From Patescibacteria group bacterium (GTDB lineage: Bacteria > Patescibacteriota > Minisyncoccia > Portnoybacterales > UBA2143): DNA of 44,502 bases. Shown one piece after another: positions 1 through 7,871 of this stretch. The position numbers were made by a program, and so were the translations under genes. Location of the stretch: the NCBI GenBank assembly GCA_018829245.1, contig JAHJUH010000067.1, positions 1-44,502 on the forward strand. The letters are read 5' to 3'. Each line of letters opens with the position of its first letter. Positions within the stretch are counted from its first letter, which is position 1. The notes under the pieces are model-generated. The model saw only the letters and a program-made list of their open reading frames with translations. It was not told where the DNA came from and made no database searches.

Positions 1-1
1 C

Positions 2-130
2 GCTTCCGTTGATGACAGCATCGAAAAACTCCAATACGAACTTTATTACATCAAACATCGTTCTCTTGTTTTAGATTTGAGCGTTCTTCTAAGAACAATT
101 AAGATTGTTTTAATGGGAGGTGGGAGATAA
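2..130 (+). CDS. C-terminal fragment of a polyprenyl-phosphate sugar-phosphate transferase (bacterial sugar transferase family); 5' end lies outside the window
   Basis: Frame 2 is open from the window edge to TAA at 128-130. The translation ASVDDSIEKLQYELYYIKHRSLVLDLSVLLRTIKIVLMGGGR carries the C-terminal YYI-x3-S-x2-LD-x5-T signature typical of WbaP/PglC-type initiating transferases. GGAGGTGGGAG in its last codons acts as the Shine-Dalgarno for the next gene. Confidence 0.7.
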   Translation, partial: ASVDDSIEKLQYELYYIKHRSLVLDLSVLLRTIKIVLMGGGR

Positions 131-132
131 AT

Positions 133-984
133 ATGAAAATATCAATAATTATCCCAGTTTATAATGAAGAAGAAGGAATTAAAAAAGTAATTGATGATTT
201 AAAGGTGTGTTTACCTAATCAGGAAATTATTGTGGTTGATGATTACTCCACTGACCAGACTAATCAGATAATAAAAAACATAAGTGATATTAAGATTATC
301 ACTCATACAAGAAATCAAGGATATGGAGCTTCTTTAAAATCTGGAATTAGAGAGGCCCAGGGTCAGTATATAATCATTATCGATGGAGATGGCACATACC
401 CCATAGATGCTATTCCAGAATTAATTAAATACGCAGAAGAATATGATATGGTCTCAGGTGCCCGTCAAGGAAAAAATCATGACGCGCGCTGGCTCTACAC
501 TCAAAGAATTGGCAAATTTGTTTTAAAAAAAATAGCTGGATACGTAACTCAAACAAAAATCCCTGATATTAATTGTGGTTTAAGAATTTTTAAAAAAGAA
601 ACTATTAAAAAATTCTGGAACCTTTATCCTCAAGGATTCTCATTTACGACTACTTCTTTAGTGGCTTTTTTATCTAATGATTATCGAGTTAAATTCGTTC
701 CTATTAATTATCATAAAAGAGAAGGCAAATCTACATTAAAGCCATTTAAAAGCTTTACTGCTTTTATTAACTTAATCTTTAAAATATCTTTATTTTTCAA
801 ACCGATTCGAGTCTTTCTTCCTTTAAGTATATCTTTTTTCTTGTTGGCAATCGGTATAGCCGTCTATAGTCTTGTTTGGGATGAAATATTTTATGATACT
901 ACTGTCATCCTTATTTCAGCTATGGCTTTACAAACATTTTTCTTTGGTCTCTTAGCTGAAATAATTGTTCATAATCGAAAATAG
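133..984 (+). CDS. GT2 glycosyltransferase, polyprenol-phosphate sugar synthase type (DPM1/GtrB/ArnC-like) with C-terminal TM helices
   Basis: N-terminus ISIIIPVYNEEEGI, VVDDYSTDQT and the IIDGDG (DxD-type) motif. Two hydrophobic C-terminal helices (FLPLSISFFLLAIGIAVYSLVW, ALQTFFFGLLAEIIV). Strong SD upstream; TAG stop at 982-984. Confidence 0.85.
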   Translation: MKISIIIPVYNEEEGIKKVIDDLKVCLPNQEIIVVDDYSTDQTNQIIKNISDIKIITHTRNQGYGASLKSGIREAQGQYIIIIDGDGTYPIDAIPELIKYAEEYDMVSGARQGKNHDARWLYTQRIGKFVLKKIAGYVTQTKIPDINCGLRIFKKETIKKFWNLYPQGFSFTTTSLVAFLSNDYRVKFVPINYHKREGKSTLKPFKSFTAFINLIFKISLFFKPIRVFLPLSISFFLLAIGIAVYSLVWDEIFYDTTVILISAMALQTFFFGLLAEIIVHNRK

Positions 985-986
985 TT

Positions 987-1640
987 ATGGAATTAGAAAA
1001 TCTAATTAAAACTAGAAGAAGTATTAGAAATTTTACTAATCAACCAGTAGATCTTGAATTAGTAAAAAAAATAATTGAGTTAGGAACCCATGCGCCTTCA
1101 GCCTGCAATATCCAGGGTTGGCATTTCATTATTATTAAAGATCAAAAAATAAAGGATGAAATGATTGATCTGGGTAGTTCGATAATAATTAAAAATGCAC
1201 CAATTGGAATTTTGGTTCTTTACGATCAAAGAACAAAAAATACTGAATACCAAGATCACATTCAAAGTGCTGCTGCTGCCATTCAAAACATTCTTTTATC
1301 CGCTCACGCTCACAATTTAGGAGCCTGCTGGGTTTGCCACTTGCCTCTTAAGGAAAAATTAAAAAAACTATTTAAGATTGAAAAATATTTAGATCCAATT
1401 GCCTATATCATTATGGGCTATCCTCAAAGAGAACCCTATCAAGTAAAAAGAAAATACCAATTAGAAGAAATGATTAGTATCGACAAATTTTATCGAAAAA
1501 CACCTCTTCAATCAACCGAAAAATTGTTAACCCTTAAAAAAAGTTTGTATAAAATATATCGCCATACTCCAACCTGGCTTAAAAAATTATTCTTTAATAA
1601 ATTAATAGATAAAAAATTTGTTAAAAAATTTAAAAACTAA
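987..1640 (+). CDS. Nitroreductase-family flavoprotein with a Lys-rich C-terminal tail
   Basis: RRSIRNF near the N-terminus and PSACNIQGWHF are typical of the nitroreductase fold. About 55 extra basic C-terminal residues. Its stop overlaps the next start (TAATG at 1638-1642). Confidence 0.8.
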   Translation: MELENLIKTRRSIRNFTNQPVDLELVKKIIELGTHAPSACNIQGWHFIIIKDQKIKDEMIDLGSSIIIKNAPIGILVLYDQRTKNTEYQDHIQSAAAAIQNILLSAHAHNLGACWVCHLPLKEKLKKLFKIEKYLDPIAYIIMGYPQREPYQVKRKYQLEEMISIDKFYRKTPLQSTEKLLTLKKSLYKIYRHTPTWLKKLFFNKLIDKKFVKKFKN

Positions 1641-3055
1641 TGAAAGTACTATTTATTAATCCGCCTAATCAAAATGAAATCATTAGCTGTAATCCAGAAA
1701 TTATCAAAAAAGAAAGAGGTTATGACCCTCCTTTGGGAATATTATATCTAGCTGGTTATTTAGAAAAAAATTCTAACCATCAGGTTAGTGTTATTGACGC
1801 TCAAGTAGAAAAACTAAGCTATTCTCAGCTAACTCAAAGGATAGAAGAATCTTCACCTGATGTAGTTGGCATTACAGCTATGACCTTCACATTGATAGAT
1901 GTCATTAAGGTTATTGAATTGGTTAAAAAAATTGACTCTCGAATTAAGATAATATTAGGTGGACCTCATGCTCACATTTATCCCAAAGAAACCCTTGATA
2001 TACCAGGGGTTGATTTTGTTGTTTTAGGCGAAGGAGAAAAACCATTATTAGAATTATTAGAAAATATAGAAAACCCAGAAGAACTTAAGAATATGAAGAA
2101 TATCGCTTTTAAGGACGGAGATCAAATAATTGTTTCTGAATGTCAAGATTATAATCAAAACCTAGACGAACTTCCCTTCCCAGCCATGCACCTAACTCCT
2201 TATAAAAAATACTGGTCTATTTTATCTGGTGATAAAGTCATAACCACTATGTTCACTTCACGCGGTTGTCCTTATCGATGCACTTTTTGTGATCGACCTA
2301 ATATGGGAAAGCTTTTTCGAGCTCGCTCTAGTAAAAATGTGGTTGATGAAATAGAAGAACGTCTCAAAATGGGTATTGAAGAAATATTCATTTATGACGA
2401 TACTTTTACAGTCAACAAACAAAGAGTCATCGATATTTGTGATGAAATTATTAAAAGAAACTTAAAATTCTCATGGGATATTCGAGCTCGAGTAGATACG
2501 GTTAATCAAGAAATACTTGAGAAACTCAAACAAGCTGGCTGTGCTCGAATCCATTACGGAGTAGAATCAGGCACAGAGAAGATATTAAAAGTACTTAATA
2601 AGGGCATTCATCTTGATCAAGTCAAAGAAGTTTTTAGTTTAACTAAAAAAATAGGTATCTCCACTTTTGCTTATTTCATAATCGGCTGTCCAACTGAAAC
2701 AAAAGAAGATATTCTTCAAACTATTAAATTCGCTAAAAAACTAGATACTGATTTTGTCCAAATAACTCTTTTAACTCCATTTCCTGCTACTAAAATCTAT
2801 AACGACGCTTTAGAACAAGGAATAATTAAAGAAGATTATTGGCTAGAATTTGCTAAAAACCCACGTCCTGATTTTAAAACTAAATACTGGACAGAAGAAT
2901 TATCTAATCAGGAATTATTTAAATTTATTAACTATGCTTATAAGCAATTTTATTTAAGGCCTAATTTTATTTTAAAAACACTTAAAGAAATCACCTCTTT
3001 TAATGATTTTGTCAGAAAAGCTAAAGCTGGATTTAAAATTATTTCTATGAAATAA
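1640..3055 (+). CDS. B12-binding domain radical SAM protein (class B), paralog R1
   Basis: N-terminal Rossmann-like B12 domain pattern (MKVLFINPP, PPLGILYLAGYL, DVVGITAM, IILGGPH, VVLGEGE). CxxxCxxC cluster motif GCPYRCTFC. C-terminal YKQFYLRP motif shared with paralogs. Confidence 0.9.
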   Translation: MKVLFINPPNQNEIISCNPEIIKKERGYDPPLGILYLAGYLEKNSNHQVSVIDAQVEKLSYSQLTQRIEESSPDVVGITAMTFTLIDVIKVIELVKKIDSRIKIILGGPHAHIYPKETLDIPGVDFVVLGEGEKPLLELLENIENPEELKNMKNIAFKDGDQIIVSECQDYNQNLDELPFPAMHLTPYKKYWSILSGDKVITTMFTSRGCPYRCTFCDRPNMGKLFRARSSKNVVDEIEERLKMGIEEIFIYDDTFTVNKQRVIDICDEIIKRNLKFSWDIRARVDTVNQEILEKLKQAGCARIHYGVESGTEKILKVLNKGIHLDQVKEVFSLTKKIGISTFAYFIIGCPTETKEDILQTIKFAKKLDTDFVQITLLTPFPATKIYNDALEQGIIKEDYWLEFAKNPRPDFKTKYWTEELSNQELFKFINYAYKQFYLRPNFILKTLKEITSFNDFVRKAKAGFKIISMK

Positions 3056-3068
3056 TAACCAAATATTT

Positions 3069-3833
3069 ATGTCCGATAATTTCTTTCAAAGAATCAAAAA
3101 AGAATATCATCATATCACAAACAAACAATGGATTTTAAAGGATGTTGGTCGCCACTGGGATGAAACTACTGATTATGATGATATTAATGAAAAAACTTAT
3201 AGTTATTTTAGAAGATTCGTTGATGGCTATAATCTTTGCACCATTCCAGATAAAAGTTACCTTTTAGATATTTGTAGCCGAACTGGTAATGGCAGTATTT
3301 ATTTTTATCAAAAAAATAAAGTTAGAAAAGTGGTTTGTGCTGATGTAACAGAAAAAATGCAAAAAATCTGTTCTGATAATTTAACGAACTACCAAATAGA
3401 TTTTGAAACTAAACTATTTTCTAATTTTCCTCTCTCTATTCCAGATAACGAATTCGATGCTATCATCTCTTTTGAAACCCTGGAACATATTTATCCTCCA
3501 AAAACTTTTATTCAAGAATTATCTCGTGTCTTAAAACCCGGGGGCGAACTTCTTTTAACCTGCCCCAATGTTTTATGGGAACCAATTCATTGGCTAGCTG
3601 CTATTTTCAATATTCATCATAGCGAAGGACCACATCGTTTTAGAACTAGAAAAAATATCCTTAAAATGCTTGAGTCGGCTAGTTTAAAAATGGAAAAAGA
3701 AAAAACAACTATATTAATACCAGGAGGGCCTAAGTTTTTGATTAAATTTGGAGAATGGTTTGAAAAAAAATTTGAAAAAACTTTAATGCCTTATCTTGGT
3801 CTAAGACGGATTTTTATCTGTCGGAAATATTAA
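3069..3833 (+). CDS. Class I SAM-dependent methyltransferase
   Basis: Motif I-like LLDICSRTGNG, acidic loop CADV, FDAIISFETLEH and LKPGGELLL, typical of the Methyltransf_11/25 fold. Confidence 0.75.
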   Translation: MSDNFFQRIKKEYHHITNKQWILKDVGRHWDETTDYDDINEKTYSYFRRFVDGYNLCTIPDKSYLLDICSRTGNGSIYFYQKNKVRKVVCADVTEKMQKICSDNLTNYQIDFETKLFSNFPLSIPDNEFDAIISFETLEHIYPPKTFIQELSRVLKPGGELLLTCPNVLWEPIHWLAAIFNIHHSEGPHRFRTRKNILKMLESASLKMEKEKTTILIPGGPKFLIKFGEWFEKKFEKTLMPYLGLRRIFICRKY

Positions 3834-3837
3834 TTTT

Positions 3838-4476
3838 ATGAGACTCCCCAAAAAACAAAATGTTTCTACTAATAATCCTGAAAATCCATTACAACGCTAT
3901 TACCAACCATTTATCAGATACTTTTACATCGAAAGGTTAAAAATGGCCTTGAACTTTTTGAAACCTCAAGATAAACAATACGATAAAATTTTAGAAGTGG
4001 GTTATGGGAGTGGCGTATTTTTCCCGGAGCTGACAAAAATCTGCAAAAAACTCTATGGGTTAGAAGTTTTTCCTGAGGCAAAAAAAGAAACGGAACAAAT
4101 GATGGAAAAAGAGAATATTCAAGCAGAATTAACAACGGGAAGTGTCACACAAATGCCATTTGCTGATGATTTCTTTGATGCAATAGTATGTGTCAGCGCC
4201 TTAGAACATTTACAGCCAAATGAAATGGAAAAAGCTATTTCTGAAATTAAACGTGTCACCAAAAATAATGGTTTGATTATTTTAGGTTTTCCATCTGGCC
4301 GAAAGTTAATGCAACTTTATTGCATTTTAATAAAGCGTGATTTACATTTTGACTTTCATCGCTCTGACCATAATTTAATCCTAAAAACAATAACCAAAAA
4401 TTTTCCAATCCAAGAAACAAAAAAGCTCTTCAGCTTTCTGCCTATCTATTATGTAGTTAAATGTCAAAAAAAATGA
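3838..4476 (+). CDS. Class I SAM-dependent methyltransferase
   Basis: ILEVGYGSGVF (motif I), YGLEV, FDAIVCVSALEHL, NNGLIILGFP. Confidence 0.8.
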   Translation: MRLPKKQNVSTNNPENPLQRYYQPFIRYFYIERLKMALNFLKPQDKQYDKILEVGYGSGVFFPELTKICKKLYGLEVFPEAKKETEQMMEKENIQAELTTGSVTQMPFADDFFDAIVCVSALEHLQPNEMEKAISEIKRVTKNNGLIILGFPSGRKLMQLYCILIKRDLHFDFHRSDHNLILKTITKNFPIQETKKLFSFLPIYYVVKCQKK

Positions 4477-5465
4477 AAGAATCAATCGTCTCGTTTTTTT
4501 TATCCAAAATAGATATTAATAAGTTTTCTGATTTCATTAAAAGATCAGTGGTTTTATCTATTCCTTATAAAATAATTGTTCAAAGGTTAATCGATTGGAA
4601 TTTTCCATATCATGTTTTTCTTGAATCAACCAATATATGTAATTTACATTGCAAAATTTGTACAAGGAATATAGCGCCCATAAAACTTGGTTCTATGGAT
4701 TTTGAATTATTTAAAAAGATTGTGAATGAAGCTAGTGTCTATGGCTCCAGAAATTTTTCACTCCATCTTTTTGGCGAACCACTTTTAGCACCAAATATTA
4801 TTCCGATGATTAAATACATCAAACAGAAAAATAATAAAAATACTGTTTTAATCACTACAAATGGAGTATTACTTAATAATAAAATATCTCAAGAAATTAT
4901 TATGAATGGCGTAGACAAAATTATTGTCAGTATTCACGGCGCCAACAAAGAACAATATGAAAATATGACCGGTACTGATAATTTAAATAATGTTGAAGAA
5001 AACATTAAAAATCTAATTAATTTAAAAAACAAAAAGAATAAACCTAAAATATTTTTGCGAATGGTTAGTTTTAAAAAAAATACTACAGAAATAAAAAAAT
5101 TCTATAAAAGATGGTCATCTTATCCAGTTATTATAGACATTAAAGAACCACATAATTTTGGTGGACAAATTGAAACCGGACGCTCAATAGATAGCTTACC
5201 TAAAAGATACCCCTGTTATCACCTTTGGTTAGCCCCAGGAATTAATTGGGATGGACAGGTTTCGATTTGTTGCTGTGACACTTTTAAAGATGCGATTATC
5301 GGCAATGTTAATCAAAATAGCCTACATAAAATTTGGAATGGGGAAAAATTAAAACAATATCGCGATTATCATTTGAGAGGCAAATATGATAAAATTCCCG
5401 TATGTAAAAACTGCGATGTTTGGACAACTTATCCAGATATTTTCTTTGAATATCAAAAAAAATAA
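4461..5465 (+). CDS. Radical SAM protein with C-terminal SPASM-like Cys-rich domain
   Basis: The CNLHCKIC cluster motif follows FLESTNI. C-terminal cysteines are CYHLW, SICCCD and CKNCDVW. The alternative start ATG 4473 would give an ATGA overlap with the upstream TGA stop (4474-4476). Confidence 0.85.
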   Translation: MSKKMKESIVSFFLSKIDINKFSDFIKRSVVLSIPYKIIVQRLIDWNFPYHVFLESTNICNLHCKICTRNIAPIKLGSMDFELFKKIVNEASVYGSRNFSLHLFGEPLLAPNIIPMIKYIKQKNNKNTVLITTNGVLLNNKISQEIIMNGVDKIIVSIHGANKEQYENMTGTDNLNNVEENIKNLINLKNKKNKPKIFLRMVSFKKNTTEIKKFYKRWSSYPVIIDIKEPHNFGGQIETGRSIDSLPKRYPCYHLWLAPGINWDGQVSICCCDTFKDAIIGNVNQNSLHKIWNGEKLKQYRDYHLRGKYDKIPVCKNCDVWTTYPDIFFEYQKK

Positions 5466-5473
5466 AAAAAAAT

Positions 5474-6913
5474 ATGAAAATTTTATTAATTAATCCTCCT
5501 TATATAAACTTTGAAGGAATGAAAGAATCAGGCGGACATATTATGCCCTTTAATTTAGCTTATTTAGCTGCTTATTTGAGACAAAGGAATGATTGTTCGG
5601 TTAAAATTTTTGACACCGAAGCGCTTTCCCTTAATTATTCTGAAATAAAACAATATTTAGCTAAAGAAAAGCCTGATTTGATTGGTTTTACTTGTCTTTC
5701 TCCTACGATTAATCATATTCTTAAAATCTGTCGAATAGTAAAAAAGGATTTAAATCTAAAATCATCAATTGTTTTAGGAGGGATTCATCCAACTATTTTC
5801 CCTAAAGAAACAATTAAAAATCAATATATTGACTTTGTGGTTGTTGGCGAAGGAGAAATCACTTTCACTGAATTAGTCAAAGCTATTCAAGAAAAAAGAA
5901 CTGATTTTGAAAATATTAATGGCTTATATTATAAAAAGAATGGAGAAATTGTTAAAACCCAACCTCGAGAATTAATTTCCGATTTAGATACTATTCCCTT
6001 TCCAGCTCGAGACCTTTTTAATTTAGATCTTTATTCTTCGGCTCCAACTAAAAAATTAACTGATGAACAATGTTCTCCGATTCTAACTAGTCGTGGCTGT
6101 ACTTTTAATTGTATTCATTGTGTTTCTAAGAGTATTTGGCAAAGAAAAATAAGATATCGCAGTTCTGATAATATAATTTCGGAAATTGAAGAATGTATTA
6201 ATAAATATAATATCAAAGAATTTAGTATTCTTGATGATAATTTTACTCTTAATAAATCTAGGGCTATAGAATTTTGTCAAAAAGTAATTGAAAAAAAATT
6301 ACTGATTGCTTGGATTTGTTTTTCTAGAGCGGATGGTATTAATGACCAATTAATAAAAATAATGGCAGAAGCTGGTTGTAAAAAAATATCCTTAGGGCTT
6401 GAATCTGGCTCTCAAAAAATATTGAATTTGATGCGTAAACAAACAACTATCGAACAAGGCAAGAAAGCCGTTGAAATAATCAGAAAAAATAACATTTTGG
6501 TTCACGCTAGTTTTATGATTGGCAATATTGGAGAAACAGAAGAGACCGTTAAGGAAACTATTAATTTTGCTAAAAGTTTAGATTTAGACAATGCTTCTTT
6601 CTTTATTACCTGTCCAGTCCCTGGCTCTGATTTGTATTATTACGCTCAAAATGAAGGTTTTATTGAAAAAAATACTTCCTGGGAAATGTTTGCTCCTTTA
6701 AGTAATACGCCACCTGTTTTAACTCAAAATAATCTCAGCCAAAATGATTTGATTTATTGGCAAAAAAAAGCTTTTCGAAAATTCTATTTTCGGCCTAAAT
6801 ATATTTATCGTAAATTAAAACAGATTAAGTCATGGGAGGGAATTAAAACAATTTTTCAAGGAATTAAAATATTATTAAGAATTCTAATCAAACCCAAAAG
6901 TAGAACTACTTAA
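5474..6913 (+). CDS. B12-binding domain radical SAM protein (class B), paralog R2
   Basis: MKILLINPP, DLIGFTC, IVLGGIHPT, VVVGEGE. Cluster motif GCTFNCIHC. C-terminal FRKFYFRPKY. Confidence 0.9.
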   Translation: MKILLINPPYINFEGMKESGGHIMPFNLAYLAAYLRQRNDCSVKIFDTEALSLNYSEIKQYLAKEKPDLIGFTCLSPTINHILKICRIVKKDLNLKSSIVLGGIHPTIFPKETIKNQYIDFVVVGEGEITFTELVKAIQEKRTDFENINGLYYKKNGEIVKTQPRELISDLDTIPFPARDLFNLDLYSSAPTKKLTDEQCSPILTSRGCTFNCIHCVSKSIWQRKIRYRSSDNIISEIEECINKYNIKEFSILDDNFTLNKSRAIEFCQKVIEKKLLIAWICFSRADGINDQLIKIMAEAGCKKISLGLESGSQKILNLMRKQTTIEQGKKAVEIIRKNNILVHASFMIGNIGETEETVKETINFAKSLDLDNASFFITCPVPGSDLYYYAQNEGFIEKNTSWEMFAPLSNTPPVLTQNNLSQNDLIYWQKKAFRKFYFRPKYIYRKLKQIKSWEGIKTIFQGIKILLRILIKPKSRTT

Positions 6914-6920
6914 AAAAATT

Positions 6921-7871
6921 ATGATTAAAAAGTATTCTTTTATTATAGGAATAATTATATTTCTACTGATTTTGAACAAATTAGGTTTTAGAGAAATGAT
7001 AGATATCTTGACTCAAGTAAATCTTTACTACTTCGGTCTAGCTACTTTCCTTCTTTTACCTATTCTCTTTATCAGAGCTTATCGTTGGAATTATCTTAAA
7101 AAAAAGCAGGGTATTATTTTTAGTCTTAAGGATTCTTTTTTAATTAATAATATTAGCATGATTATCGGCTTAGTTACTCCAGGACGATTGGGAGAACTAA
7201 CTAAAATATTATATTTAAAAAATAAAAATTATTCTATTGGAAAATCATTAGTCAGTGTTCTTCTTGATAGATTAGCTGATTTATTTTTCTTACTATTTTT
7301 TAGTTTAATAAGCCTTATTTTTTTCTTTTCTTATTTTAAAAAAACTATTCTGTTATTAGCTTTAATATTATCTCTTTTTATTCTTGTTTTTATCTTAATT
7401 TCAAAAAATAATCTCGTTCAAATTATTTTGAAAAAAATGTTGGGTTTAATCATCCCATCTAAATTTAAAAAATCATGGCTTTTAAATTACCATGATTTTT
7501 TAAAAAATCTTAAAATCTATACTTTAAACAATTATTTTTCGATTTTATTCATTACTGCTTTTTCTTGGTTAATATACTATTTCCAATCATTCCTTCTCCT
7601 TAAAAGTATTGGAATTAATAATATTCCTTTTTTTTATTTAGCTATAACTGTCACTATAGCTGGATTTGTTACTCTTTTACCTATTTCTATTTCTGGTCTT
7701 GGCACACGCGAAGCAACTCTAATCTTTTTCTTTTCATTTTTCCAAGTTCCCTTAGAAAAAACAATCGGTTTTTCTCTTTTGATTCTATCAACAATAGTAT
7801 CAACCGCTTTAATTGGATTAATTTGTTGGCTATTTAAGCAAGTTCATCAACCAACCCTTGTTACGAGATAA
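6921..7871 (+). CDS. UPF0104 / lysylphosphatidylglycerol-synthase TM-region-like (flippase-like) membrane protein
   Basis: About 8 predicted TM helices. Two repeated loop motifs (TPGRLGELTK and ISGLGTREAT) are characteristic of the MprF-flippase-like family often found next to GT2 genes. Confidence 0.6.
   Translation: MIKKYSFIIGIIIFLLILNKLGFREMIDILTQVNLYYFGLATFLLLPILFIRAYRWNYLKKKQGIIFSLKDSFLINNISMIIGLVTPGRLGELTKILYLKNKNYSIGKSLVSVLLDRLADLFFLLFFSLISLIFFFSYFKKTILLLALILSLFILVFILISKNNLVQIILKKMLGLIIPSKFKKSWLLNYHDFLKNLKIYTLNNYFSILFITAFSWLIYYFQSFLLLKSIGINNIPFFYLAITVTIAGFVTLLPISISGLGTREATLIFFFSFFQVPLEKTIGFSLLILSTIVSTALIGLICWLFKQVHQPTLVTR

Noticed and set aside
4466-4473. Homopolymeric A/T runs at gene starts (A8 at 4466-4473; the A6 run at 13573-13578 in the GT2 remnant) as slipped-strand phase-variation switches.
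   Set aside because: Such runs are abundant throughout this AT-rich window. The GT2 remnant also carries a stop and a large truncation, so it is dead rather than switchable. No length polymorphism can be assessed from a single sequence.
4461-5465. The SPASM radical SAM genes (also 30875-31963) as markers of a RiPP peptide-maturation cluster.
   Set aside because: There is no free intergenic space or small ORF for a precursor peptide. There is no peptidase or peptide exporter, and every neighbour is a glycan enzyme. A sugar-directed role is more consistent.
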